A DNA stretch of 64,000 nucleotides from a bacterium (GTDB taxonomy: Bacteria > Zhuqueibacterota > Zhuqueibacteria > Residuimicrobiales > Krinioviventaceae): positions 1,024,001 through 1,088,000 of the forward strand of contig OY843751.1 of the NCBI GenBank assembly GCA_963693055.1, given 5' to 3'. The position numbers and the translations under genes were made by a program. The notes beneath the pieces were generated by a model. That model searched no databases and was not told where the DNA came from. It saw nothing but the letters and a program-made list of their open reading frames with translations. This document shows, piece after piece, positions 49,007 through 59,055 of the stretch (the stretch's first letter is position 1; each line of letters opens with the position of its first letter).

Positions 49007-50344
49007 TTAAACGATCCCCAGTTCTTTTTGGATTTGTTCAAGCGATTTGCCTTTGGTCTCGGGCAGCCATTTCCAGACCATAAAGAATTGCAATATCATC
49101 ATCAAGCTGAAAAAGATAAAGGCACCACCACCGCCAATGCCCGGCAGGTTGGCAATGATCGGAAAGGTCCAGGATACCAGGGCAGCTCCTACCCAGTGGG
49201 TAAAACTTCCCAATGCCTGACCTTTAGCGCGCACCATATTGGGGAAAATTTCGGCCAGAAATACCCAGATAACCGCACCCTGTGAGAATGCGAAAAAGGC
49301 AATGTAACCAATCAAATAAACCAGGACCGCGTATCCGTTAAAGGATTCGAGAATGAATGCACGTCCTACCATGCCCATAAAGAAGGTAAGACCAACGGAT
49401 CCAATCAAAAGCAGGGTTTTGCGCCCAAATTTGTCTATTACAGTCATGGCAATAATTGTAAAAATTAAATTGGTTGCACCTACTGCAACGGTTTGAAGCA
49501 ATGCTGTGTCAGATGCCAGACCCGTCATTTCAAAAATGCGTGGCGCATAATACATGATCACGTTAATACCGGAAAGCTGGTTAAAAGCCGCAACCATAAT
49601 GGCTAACAGAATAGGTTTTTTAAATTTGGGTGAAAATAGTTTTTCCTTGGCACTAGAGAGTTCAATCTTTAATGATGCTTCAATTTCATTTAATTCCTGT
49701 TCTACATTATCTTCACCGATTTTGAGTAAAATCGCTTTTGCTTCTTCACGTCTACCTTGTTTCATGAGCCAGCGTGGGCTGAAAGGAATAAAAAATAATA
49801 GAATGAAAAACAATATAGCCGGCAGGGTTTCCACTCCCAGCATCCAACGCCAGGAATCGGTTTGTATTGTACCGGCAATAAGAAAATTTGAGAAATAGGC
49901 AACCAGAATACCAATAACAATATTAAATTGACTTACAGCTACCAGTCGTCCGCGTAACCGTGCAGGAGAGATTTCTGCAATATACATGGGCGCCATAACA
50001 GAAGAGCCACCAACAGCCAAACCACCAATAAAGCGAAAGAATAGCAGCGAAAACCAGTCCCATGCAAAAGCACATCCCATTGCTGAAACCGCATACAAGA
50101 CAGCAAGAATAACCAGTACCCGTTTACGACCGTAAGCATCACCCGGCTTGCCCACAAGAATTGAACCAATAATGGTACCAATCAAAGCAACGGCGACTGT
50201 AAAACCCAACCAAAATTCATTTAGATTGAACACAGTCTCCAGGGCGCTGGTAGTGCCTGAAATAACTGCAGTATCAAATCCGAATAAAAAACCCCCTAAT
50301 GCTGCAACAACAGTACATCCTATCACAAACATTTTGCTTTTCAT
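49007..50344 (-). CDS. Sugar porter MFS transporter (XylE/AraE-like)
   Basis: GGFLFGFDTAVISG; YIAEISPA..RG; QLSGINVIMYY; DKFGRK; PETKGKSLE. Confidence 0.95.
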   Translation of the reverse strand: MKSKMFVIGCTVVAALGGFLFGFDTAVISGTTSALETVFNLNEFWLGFTVAVALIGTIIGSILVGKPGDAYGRKRVLVILAVLYAVSAMGCAFAWDWFSLLFFRFIGGLAVGGSSVMAPMYIAEISPARLRGRLVAVSQFNIVIGILVAYFSNFLIAGTIQTDSWRWMLGVETLPAILFFILLFFIPFSPRWLMKQGRREEAKAILLKIGEDNVEQELNEIEASLKIELSSAKEKLFSPKFKKPILLAIMVAAFNQLSGINVIMYYAPRIFEMTGLASDTALLQTVAVGATNLIFTIIAMTVIDKFGRKTLLLIGSVGLTFFMGMVGRAFILESFNGYAVLVYLIGYIAFFAFSQGAVIWVFLAEIFPNMVRAKGQALGSFTHWVGAALVSWTFPIIANLPGIGGGGAFIFFSLMMILQFFMVWKWLPETKGKSLEQIQKELGIV

Positions 50345-50583
50345 TTTCTTCCTCTTTTTCCAATGTGATTGATATGTACTGAATTTAATAATATTTATTT
50401 ACTATGCAATATTTTATAATATTTAAGCTTTTTTATTTATAACAAATTATAGTATATTTCTTAATCTGTAGTCAGGATAAGCATGTGTCAAGATTACCGG
50501 GGCAACATATCTGGGAATGTAGATTTTGATAAAGGTATTTTTTTGATTAATAATTAAATGTAATCGTTATGCTGGAGATATAA

Positions 50584-52926
50584 ATGCGCAATATTTTGAT
50601 TGTGCTCCTGGTGTTGTTTTTGATAGCTCAAAGTATGGGCCAAACCGCAGGAACGGTCAGCGGATTTGTTTATGATGATGATACTGGAGAGGCTTTAATT
50701 GGGGCCAATGTATTTATTAAAGATTCTCGTATTGGATCAACTACCAATACCATGGGATTTTTTTCAGTCCCTAAAATACCGGTAGGGCAATATCAACTTG
50801 TATGCCAGTATATGGGGTACACGGCAGAGCAGCAAAAATTAGTTATAAAACCCAATGGTAAAGCGGAATTGATTTTCAGGCTTGCTCCAACTACTATTTA
50901 TACTGAAACAGTTTCTGTGGTGGCAGATTCGGTAAGAGCCAGTGTGAAATTATATCGCCAGCCAATTTCCAAAATTACCATGTCGCCCCGTGAAATTCAA
51001 CATATCCCTCAGGTGGTTGAAACAGATTTGTTACGGTCATTGCAAACCATGCCGGGAATTGCATCGGTTTCGGATTTTTCATCAGAACTTTATGTGCGCG
51101 GCGGAACACCGGACCAGAATTTATATTTAATCGATGGCACAGATGTTTACAATCCTGAGCATTTGTTTGGTTTGTTTTCTACCTTCAATACCGATGCAAT
51201 TAAAAACGTTGAACTATCAAAAGGAGGTTTTGGTGCCGAGTATGGTGGACGTTTGTCATCTGTGTTGGATGTTACCAACCTTGACGGAAACCGCCGTGAA
51301 TATACAGGAAAAACCAGCATTAGTATCCTGTCTGCTAAAACAACAATGCAGGTCCCGCTGGGCAAATATGGCGCGTTATCTGGCTCTATCCGCAGAACGT
51401 ATTTCGATAAAACCATTGCCAAACTGGATGCGTTTAAAGATGAGAATATTCCAGATTACTATTTTTACGATGGTCATCTCAAGGCGTATCTGGATCTGGG
51501 TACTCATGACAAACTGACGCTGAGTACTTATAAAGGTCAGGATAATATGGATTTTGTGTTTGATAAAGATAATCCCAACTCTCAATCCATGATGTATAAA
51601 TGGGGAAATACAACTGCAAGCGTAAGGTGGACCCATATTTTTTCATCTCAATTGTTTGGGAATTTCTGGTTCACCAGTAGCAGCTTTGACTCGGGTTTTG
51701 AGTTGGGTGATGATATGAATGAAACCAATACCATTGATGACCGAACATTAAAAGGGGACCTGGAGTATTTTTATTCCGGTAGATTGAGCTTTAAATTGGG
51801 TTATGAATATAAAGATCTATCCGGTAAATTTGTCTCAAAATTCCCCGGTAACGAAGTTGACATTCAACAAGAACCAATCCATTTTGCAGCCTATTGGCAG
51901 GCTGAATGGAAGCCAACTCCGCTCATGGAAGTTCAGCTCGGGTACCGTTATAATTCTTCATATAATAAAGTCACCAGACATGATCATGATCCCCGGGTTA
52001 GTTTCAAGTATCGTTTAAGTGAAACGTTAAATCTGAAAGCCGCTGCCGGGCGGTATCATCAATACCTGTTTCGCGTTCCACGGGTGTTTATAGCGGATAT
52101 ATGGTCGGTATCTGACGAGTATTATGATGATGCCAAATCGAACCATTATATATTGGGACTGCAAAAAGAGGTGGCTGGAAATTACGAGTTTGAAGTTGAA
52201 AGTTATTACAAAGATTACGTAAATCTCTATATCTTTGATCCTTTTTTCTGGGTGGAAACGCAGCATGATCAGTATAATTATAAAGGTGAGCCCTTGTACA
52301 CAAATACCAAAGATATGTATGATGTGGGTACCGGTCGTGCTTTTGGTTTGGAAATGATTTTGCGCAAAAATAGTGGACCGGTAACCGGGTGGATCGCATA
52401 TACTTTGGGTCGGGTTGAAAACACAGTTACGGATTTGAATGGTGGTAATGAATATGTGCCACGTCATGACCGTACACATACATTAAATATGGTCAGCACA
52501 ATGGATGTTAAGAATGCCATTCTGGCGTTTAGGGGATTACCGGTAAAAGATGGTAAGGCAAAGTGGCGTTTGGGCTTTGGATTCGTTTATGCAACCGGTC
52601 AACCTATAACAACAACCAGTTCGGTGTATGTTACCAATCAGCTCCCCGACCAGAATGTGTATTTGGGATACAATTTATATCCTACCAGTCGTAATAATTT
52701 CAGGTTACCGCCATATATACGTTTGGATCTGAGTTTGACCTATTCGCGCAAATTCAAGCATATTACCTTTGAGCCGTATCTGCAGGTTTTTAATGCTTTG
52801 AACCGGAGGAATGTCTGGTTTATTCGATATGAAGACGAGATTAACAATGGCATGATCATGCAGAATGTTGATACACAGGGTATGTTACCTGTATTGCCAT
52901 CAATTGGTTTTAATCTGCTATTCTGA
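50584..52926 (+). CDS. TonB-dependent receptor with N-terminal carboxypeptidase-regulatory-like domain
   Basis: TGEALIGANV; LQTMPGI; YVRGGTPDQN; KGGFGAEYGGRLSSV plug; RLPPYIRLDLS; C-terminal Phe. Confidence 0.92.
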   Translation: MRNILIVLLVLFLIAQSMGQTAGTVSGFVYDDDTGEALIGANVFIKDSRIGSTTNTMGFFSVPKIPVGQYQLVCQYMGYTAEQQKLVIKPNGKAELIFRLAPTTIYTETVSVVADSVRASVKLYRQPISKITMSPREIQHIPQVVETDLLRSLQTMPGIASVSDFSSELYVRGGTPDQNLYLIDGTDVYNPEHLFGLFSTFNTDAIKNVELSKGGFGAEYGGRLSSVLDVTNLDGNRREYTGKTSISILSAKTTMQVPLGKYGALSGSIRRTYFDKTIAKLDAFKDENIPDYYFYDGHLKAYLDLGTHDKLTLSTYKGQDNMDFVFDKDNPNSQSMMYKWGNTTASVRWTHIFSSQLFGNFWFTSSSFDSGFELGDDMNETNTIDDRTLKGDLEYFYSGRLSFKLGYEYKDLSGKFVSKFPGNEVDIQQEPIHFAAYWQAEWKPTPLMEVQLGYRYNSSYNKVTRHDHDPRVSFKYRLSETLNLKAAAGRYHQYLFRVPRVFIADIWSVSDEYYDDAKSNHYILGLQKEVAGNYEFEVESYYKDYVNLYIFDPFFWVETQHDQYNYKGEPLYTNTKDMYDVGTGRAFGLEMILRKNSGPVTGWIAYTLGRVENTVTDLNGGNEYVPRHDRTHTLNMVSTMDVKNAILAFRGLPVKDGKAKWRLGFGFVYATGQPITTTSSVYVTNQLPDQNVYLGYNLYPTSRNNFRLPPYIRLDLSLTYSRKFKHITFEPYLQVFNALNRRNVWFIRYEDEINNGMIMQNVDTQGMLPVLPSIGFNLLF

Positions 52927-52942
52927 TTTTGAGGAGATCATT

Positions 52943-53860
52943 GTGAAATATATTATTTTAAATATTCTTTTGTTATTTATACTATTGTCCGCTTGCGGCA
53001 AAGTTTCTGTGGATGTAGATGAATCCACATATGAACCCAAAATTGTGGTTGAGGGATATATCTATCCCGGACAGGTGCCTGCAAAGATTATTCTAACCCG
53101 GAATCATCCCCTGAATACGGAAATTGATTTGGGGGAATTTTACATTACGGATGCTGATGTGTCCATTACGGATATGAAAAGTGACGAAACTTTTTATTTG
53201 GAATATGACGCGTTTTCTTTTTCGTACAAATACAAGGGTAACGATTTTGTGATTGACTATGATCATTCTTATAGAATCAATTTAAAAGCAACAATTGATG
53301 GTAAAGAATTGACAGCATCTTGTGTTACAATCACACCTGCGGATGGTTTTAATATAATTTCTGACGAGTCCTTGCTGGGTACACAAAAATATACAACAGC
53401 CGTAGAGAAGGGTACAAAATTCAAATTAAAATTCAAACGTTCGCCCACCATTGATTCTTATATAACTTCAATTGTTGCGCTTGATGCATCGTTTAATAGT
53501 TTTATTGAAGATAATATTATGGGCTTGTCACGTTCGGATTTTGCAGATACAACAGATTCAGACGAGTTGAGATACTATAACTATATCAAAAATCAGTCTC
53601 AATGGACACAAACGCGTTTGGGTGAAGGAGATGATTTATCTGCAATGGATATTGAATGGTACTCTACCTGGTTTTATGGCACTTATCGGGTAATTATGTA
53701 TTGCGCAGATAAGAATATGACAGATTATTATCTTACGCACAGCCAGATCCAGGAAGTGGATGGTAATCTATTGGAGCCCAAGTTCCATTTTGAGGGAGAT
53801 GCCATTGGGGTGTTTGGTTCTGCAGTGACGGATACGGTGTATTTTGTGATTATAGATTAG
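52943..53860 (+). CDS. DUF4249-like lipoprotein partner of the TonB-dependent receptor
   Basis: GTG start after GAGGAG; lipobox LSAC; PKIVVEGYI; AIGVFG C-terminal motif. Confidence 0.78.
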   Translation: MKYIILNILLLFILLSACGKVSVDVDESTYEPKIVVEGYIYPGQVPAKIILTRNHPLNTEIDLGEFYITDADVSITDMKSDETFYLEYDAFSFSYKYKGNDFVIDYDHSYRINLKATIDGKELTASCVTITPADGFNIISDESLLGTQKYTTAVEKGTKFKLKFKRSPTIDSYITSIVALDASFNSFIEDNIMGLSRSDFADTTDSDELRYYNYIKNQSQWTQTRLGEGDDLSAMDIEWYSTWFYGTYRVIMYCADKNMTDYYLTHSQIQEVDGNLLEPKFHFEGDAIGVFGSAVTDTVYFVIID

Positions 53861-53862
53861 GT

Positions 53863-53894
53863 ATTATGCCGGAGGAATTTTCCTCCGGCATAAT
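53863..53894. terminator. Hairpin between convergent genes
   Basis: ATTATGCCGGAGGAA-TT-TTCCTCCGGCATAAT. Confidence 0.8.
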
Positions 53895-53901
53895 TTGTGA
53901 T

Positions 53902-55854
53902 TTACGGGGTTATCTTGATCACACAGCCACCGCCGGGTGCGAGATGGATATTGAGCTTGTCGTTGGCTGTTACCTGTTTTTTATCTACGATATAATCTTC
54001 GGCAAATCGGTCTGCGTTAATACCGTCTTTGTATATTGTTGCCATAAAACTGCCGGATGTGAGAAATGACAGGTCAACGGTTATGTCACGGGGTGTCCAG
54101 TCTGTCATGGCACCCACATACCAGGTATTACTGCAGCGGCGGGCAACAATTATATAGTCTTCTATTCTAGCGTCTAGTACTTTGGTTTCATCCCATTCAA
54201 CCGGTACGTTTGCAATCAAATCCATTATGTTTGCGGGTTCACTTTCGTAATTTGATGGAGAATCACACAGCATTTGCAACGGACTTTCATAAACTACATA
54301 CATGGCCAGTTGATGTGCACGTGTTCCCTGTGACATTGGACGTTCAAATACCGGGTTAAAATTGTTCTTGTTTGCATTGCGCATGGCCCCTGGGGTAAAA
54401 TCAATGGGACCTGCCAGCATTCGGGTAAAGGGAATCAATACTTGCTTGTCCGGTGTTTCATCCTTTGACCACTTGTTATATTCGTTTCCACGAACACCTT
54501 CACGTGTCATCAAATTGGGATATTCTCTTCTCAAACCGGTAGGTTTGTATGCTCCGTGAAAATCTACCAGAAGATGATGTTCGGCAGCTTTTTTTACAAT
54601 CTTTTTATACCAGTTTACTATTTTTTGATCGTCACGGTCCATAAAATCAATTTTAACACCTGCAATACCCCAATCTTCAAACTGGGCAAAGGCGTCATCT
54701 AATTGATTTTCAACAGTCACCCATACGCACCATAACAATATTTTTACGTCTTTTTCTTTGGCATAATCTATTAATACCGGCATATTTACTTTGGGATTGG
54801 TATGTAATAGGTCTTCGGTACCAGACCAGCCTTCATCGAAAAGAACATATTCTAAACCATATTGGGCTGCAAAATCTATATAGGCTTTATATGTATCTGT
54901 ATTCAAACCGGATTGAAAATCGACATTGTAGAGGTTTGAGGCGTTCCACCATTCCCAAACGACTTTGCCGGATTGGATCCAGGATGTGTCTTTGATCTGA
55001 TTGGTTTTAGCAAGACGATAGACCATATCGCTTTCGATAAATGTGCCATCGTTTTCGGAAATTACCATAACACGCCAGGGGAAAAAGCGACTACCCTTTG
55101 TTTCGGCAATGTAATCTGCAGACTCTGATACGATGATCTTGCGGTCACGTACTTGTTTTTCTTTTAACGCAACCTTGGGAAAAGTACTTACCAGAGTAGC
55201 TGAATGATCGTTGGTGCCTTTGAGATAAAGTCCTGCGTAATCATCAAGATCCGCTTCAGTAATAACAAGTTTAACACCATTTCCTTTTTTTACTAATATG
55301 GGTAGGTAACTCATCTGTGAATCAATTACAGAGTTTACTGCAACAAAATGATGCAATTCTTCATACGAGGTATGAAAACTCTCTACAAAACTGTAGAAAC
55401 AAGAGTCTGCTTCATCAAGACGATATTCTACATGTTCATTTTTGACTTTAATTTTGCCGGGAATGGATGAGAAAAAGCGGTATGCCGCTCCATCATTATA
55501 TGCTCTAAATTCAAGACCAAAGCTGCTATTAAAAGTAAGAGTTAATTTGTTATAATGATCTGTAATTGTTGAGCGTTTTATTTTCACTATAGGTTTGATT
55601 GTGTTATTGATGCTGTTTTTGCGCGAGTTTCTAATAGTTGGATTTTCTCCCAGTATGGTACCGTCTGTCAAGGTCATGTCTATACGTGAGGGAGAGATTA
55701 CGGTTTTGTTGTTTAATGTAACATCATATTTTATATCTTTTTTAACATTAACCGTGATTTCCAGATTCTCGTCAGGAGACTGGATTTTGAACTCCTGTGC
55801 AAATCCATTAAAACAGAATAATATGACTAGTATCCCAATTAACCTTGTTTTCAT
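53902..55854 (-). CDS. Glycoside hydrolase family 97
   Basis: RAYNDGAAYRF; GKVVWEWW; FDEGW; GVKIDF; DFHG; TREGVRGNE; AGPIDFTPG; LQMLCDSP. Confidence 0.95.
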   Translation of the reverse strand: MKTRLIGILVILFCFNGFAQEFKIQSPDENLEITVNVKKDIKYDVTLNNKTVISPSRIDMTLTDGTILGENPTIRNSRKNSINNTIKPIVKIKRSTITDHYNKLTLTFNSSFGLEFRAYNDGAAYRFFSSIPGKIKVKNEHVEYRLDEADSCFYSFVESFHTSYEELHHFVAVNSVIDSQMSYLPILVKKGNGVKLVITEADLDDYAGLYLKGTNDHSATLVSTFPKVALKEKQVRDRKIIVSESADYIAETKGSRFFPWRVMVISENDGTFIESDMVYRLAKTNQIKDTSWIQSGKVVWEWWNASNLYNVDFQSGLNTDTYKAYIDFAAQYGLEYVLFDEGWSGTEDLLHTNPKVNMPVLIDYAKEKDVKILLWCVWVTVENQLDDAFAQFEDWGIAGVKIDFMDRDDQKIVNWYKKIVKKAAEHHLLVDFHGAYKPTGLRREYPNLMTREGVRGNEYNKWSKDETPDKQVLIPFTRMLAGPIDFTPGAMRNANKNNFNPVFERPMSQGTRAHQLAMYVVYESPLQMLCDSPSNYESEPANIMDLIANVPVEWDETKVLDARIEDYIIVARRCSNTWYVGAMTDWTPRDITVDLSFLTSGSFMATIYKDGINADRFAEDYIVDKKQVTANDKLNIHLAPGGGCVIKITP

Positions 55855-55933
55855 CGGTTCCTCCAAATTTATTAAAAAAAGATAGAAAGATTCGTTGAAA
55901 AAAGCAAGGATAGTGTTTTTGTATGTATAACAA

Positions 55934-55963
55934 AAAGCCCGGTATATTTGATTACCGGGCTTT
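55934..55963 (-). terminator. Terminator after the small lipoprotein gene
   Basis: AAAGCCCGGTA...TACCGGGCTTT. Confidence 0.75.
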
Positions 55964-55989
55964 GATTTAATTAAATTGATTTTAATTGA

Positions 55990-56394
55990 TCAAAGATCTA
56001 TTGGAATAGAATCCAGGAAGGCTATATCATATTTGCCATTTGCGCCTTGCCATAATAACCAGTATGTTACTTGAATACTTTTAGCTTCTTTATGCTTTTC
56101 CAATAACTCTGAATATGACAATATTAAGCATTCACCGCTTTGAATGCCTTTTCCGCAAGTTTCCGGGGTAGAACAGGGTGTAAATTCTATCATTTGTAGG
56201 TAAGTTGTAAAATGTATAGCATAATACATGGTATAACTGGTTTGGTTGTTCAATGTCAGCGTATGGTTAATAGAATCCGCGGATATTGTAAAATCCTGTG
56301 ATGTCATATTATTTGGATCCAATGGCTGCTTTTCTGTTGTGCAGGAAAACAATACTACAGCCATTGTAATGATTGATACAAGATAATATTTCAT
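55990..56394 (-). CDS. Hypothetical lipoprotein
   Basis: AGGAG RBS; lipobox LFSC. Confidence 0.7.
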   Translation of the reverse strand: MKYYLVSIITMAVVLFSCTTEKQPLDPNNMTSQDFTISADSINHTLTLNNQTSYTMYYAIHFTTYLQMIEFTPCSTPETCGKGIQSGECLILSYSELLEKHKEAKSIQVTYWLLWQGANGKYDIAFLDSIPIDL

Positions 56395-56465
56395 AACATC
56401 CTCCTATGGAGAATGGATTAAACTGCATTGGATGATGCCATTAATATTATAGAACAAAATTAAAA

Positions 56466-58001
56466 CTATTGATGTTCCTTGTTTGTTGAAATTCGTTTGA
56501 TAACCAGTTTGTCATATGCAAGAATCAGTAATGCAGATACTAGAGCCAGTACAGTGAATATGATCCACATGATGTCAGGGCGCTGCATGTCTCTTGCGAA
56601 TTTTGCGTACAACTGTCCTGAAAGGATTCCACCAAAAAGATTTCCTAGTGCAACACACCAATAAAAGTAACCCATATAGAGCGCAACTTTATTAGGTGGG
56701 GCAATGGACCCGGTATACTCTTTAGATTTGGGACTGGCCATCATTTCGCCAAATGAAAAGATGAAAATACCCCAAACAACCACCCATCCCATATGGCTAA
56801 ACGTAAGCACTGAAAAGCTTGCAACCGTTATGAGCACACCCCAGAATATTGTGGTAAAGGGCTTGAGACGGGTAACCAGGTATGAAATCAGCAATTGAAA
56901 AAAGATGATGGCACCAGCATTGATGTTGATAATATATTCAGGATTCATTTGTCCGCTTACTGCCATGGAATTGCGGAATGACTCTATAGCGCCTCCCAGA
57001 CCTACAATCGTCATGAATGCTGTGGATGTGTTCATCAAATCTGTTGTATCTACAAAATCCCGAATATAAAGCGGAAGCGTGTAAAAGATCTGATTAAAAG
57101 ACGTCCAGAAACCAGACATGAGCAACAGAAACAGACCAAACCGCCAGTCACCCAGTTTCATGGGACTGGTCAGCCAATTTTTATTTTGGCTGGAAGCGTT
57201 TTTGAGAATTATATCATATATGATATTGACTCCTGTCCACACAGCCAGTATGATTATGATGTCATACCAGGAAATAAATCCACTGGCAGTATATTTTGAT
57301 CCCAGAACCAGAACGAATAATAATACAAACACAAACAGGAAGAATCTTCCATTACCTAAAACTTTAACCATGTCTGTTAGTACTTTTTTCAGGTTGCGTT
57401 TCTCGGCAGAAGTGCTTTCAGTTGTGGGCTCTTTGTATAACAATAATACCAGCAGAATATTAAAGGCAATCCATCCCGCGGACGCGACAAAAACCCATTT
57501 CCAGGCAATGCCTCTAACAATTCCGGCAACAATGGGGCCTACAAAGCCACCGATATTCACCATCATGTAAAATATTCCAAAGCCCATAGACGCGGTTTTG
57601 GGATTGGTAGTTTTTGATACGGTACCAATGATAACCGGTTTGAACATGGCTGCACCCAGGGCTACAGTCATATAGACCAGAAAAAAGGCAGGGAAGGATT
57701 TTGCCTGTCCCAGAAAAAAGTAGGCAGGAGTAAGTACGAGAAATGCAGAAAACAGCATTTTTTTAAATCCGTATCGGTCGGCAAGCGCACCGGTAACAAC
57801 GGGAAAAAGATAGAGGAAAAAAGTAACAACGCCCTGTAAAACACCACGGTCTTCGTCTGTAAATCCCAAGCCACCTTCACTTACCGCTCCGGTAATATAT
57901 AAAGAAGATACTGCAAAAAATCCATACCATGCCATGCGTTCAAATATTTCCATTACATTGGCGATCCAAAATGTTTGTGGGAAATCTTTAAGTTTAGCCA
58001 T
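56466..58001 (-). CDS. POT/PTR-like MFS peptide transporter
   Basis: EIFERMAWYG (ExxER motif); GALADRYG; FYMMVNIGG; GEMMASP. Confidence 0.88.
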   Translation of the reverse strand: MAKLKDFPQTFWIANVMEIFERMAWYGFFAVSSLYITGAVSEGGLGFTDEDRGVLQGVVTFFLYLFPVVTGALADRYGFKKMLFSAFLVLTPAYFFLGQAKSFPAFFLVYMTVALGAAMFKPVIIGTVSKTTNPKTASMGFGIFYMMVNIGGFVGPIVAGIVRGIAWKWVFVASAGWIAFNILLVLLLYKEPTTESTSAEKRNLKKVLTDMVKVLGNGRFFLFVFVLLFVLVLGSKYTASGFISWYDIIIILAVWTGVNIIYDIILKNASSQNKNWLTSPMKLGDWRFGLFLLLMSGFWTSFNQIFYTLPLYIRDFVDTTDLMNTSTAFMTIVGLGGAIESFRNSMAVSGQMNPEYIININAGAIIFFQLLISYLVTRLKPFTTIFWGVLITVASFSVLTFSHMGWVVVWGIFIFSFGEMMASPKSKEYTGSIAPPNKVALYMGYFYWCVALGNLFGGILSGQLYAKFARDMQRPDIMWIIFTVLALVSALLILAYDKLVIKRISTNKEHQ

Positions 58002-58141
58002 TTCTTTTCCTGCTTAATTGTGGTCAGTATTTTTCAAGGCCTAGTATACTAAATACCTGTTTGAATATCAAGTCAAATAAAGGATTGAATAAAAAGTTGC
58101 GAAATGTGTATATTCATATAGAAAAATTATAGAGGGAATTT

Positions 58142-58890
58142 ATGTTGAAAAGATTGGGCCTTTTGTTAGTATTATTGGGTACTTTTGCTGCATGTACCAG
58201 AAAAAAAAGAATGCTGAAACCTGGGCCGAGCTGCCTCAGCAGCAGTGGCCTGCTATTGCTTTGACAAGTGATTTTGTGATTGATGGAAAACAATATGTAG
58301 CTAAAGGCAGTGGGTTTTTGATAGATACCGGCAAAGATACACTGGCCGTGACCTGCAAACACTGGTTTTTGTTTTTTCAGGGTGCACATGGCTTACGCAA
58401 TATTGATTTTGATGGCAAATTGGAATCCTGGGAAATGTATCCTAAAAATCAGCCAGAAAAACGGATTGTTTTAGGAGAACCTATCAATACGGACCCGAAT
58501 GAAAAGGTATTAAGTAATGAGATTATGAATTACGACTGGTTATTGTTTAAAATTAAAGAAAAAAATCCGGATATTTATCCATTGAAAATTCGTTTTGGCA
58601 AGGTTGACAAGGGAGAAGATTTGTATTCAATTGGTTGGACAAATGATCAGGATCCCATACTTCAACCTGTGAGACATTGGATTATGTACAAAACTTTTGG
58701 TTTTCGGCACTTGATTGATATTCAGGGCAGTAAAGAGTTGGCGGGGCTCAGTGGTGCACCGGTAATTGATGGAAACGGGTATGTAATTGGGATAAACGGA
58801 GGAGGTTCCGGTGAAAAAGCCTGGATATGTACAACAGAGTATTTAAAGACTGTATTGGAAAAATATGGTTATTTATCAGTTGACATGTAA
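58142..58890 (+). CDS. Trypsin-like serine protease lipoprotein, interrupted by a -1 frameshift at an A8 tract (58201-58208)
   Basis: Frame 0 from ATG 58142 (GAGGGA RBS) gives MLKRLGLLLVLLGTFAAC and stops at 58264. The -1 frame carries GSGFLI, TCKH, YDW and GLSGAPV catalytic motifs. Confidence 0.8.
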
Positions 58891-58908
58891 CATTATTTTT
58901 TATATAAT
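58880..58908 (+). promoter_or_regulatory. Perfect-consensus sigma70 promoter upstream of the M1 aminopeptidase gene
   Basis: TTGACA-17 nt-TATAAT. Confidence 0.75.
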
Positions 58909-59055
58909 GAATAACTCCCCCCGGCGCAGAGAATGAAATTCCTTGTTTAAAAATGTTTTATTTGGCTGCAATGATTTTGTGTCTGATTTTTGTTATTGTA
59001 GTTACAAGTGAAACTGTTTAGTTTAAGTTGTGTTTAATTTAAATAGGTGATTGCT

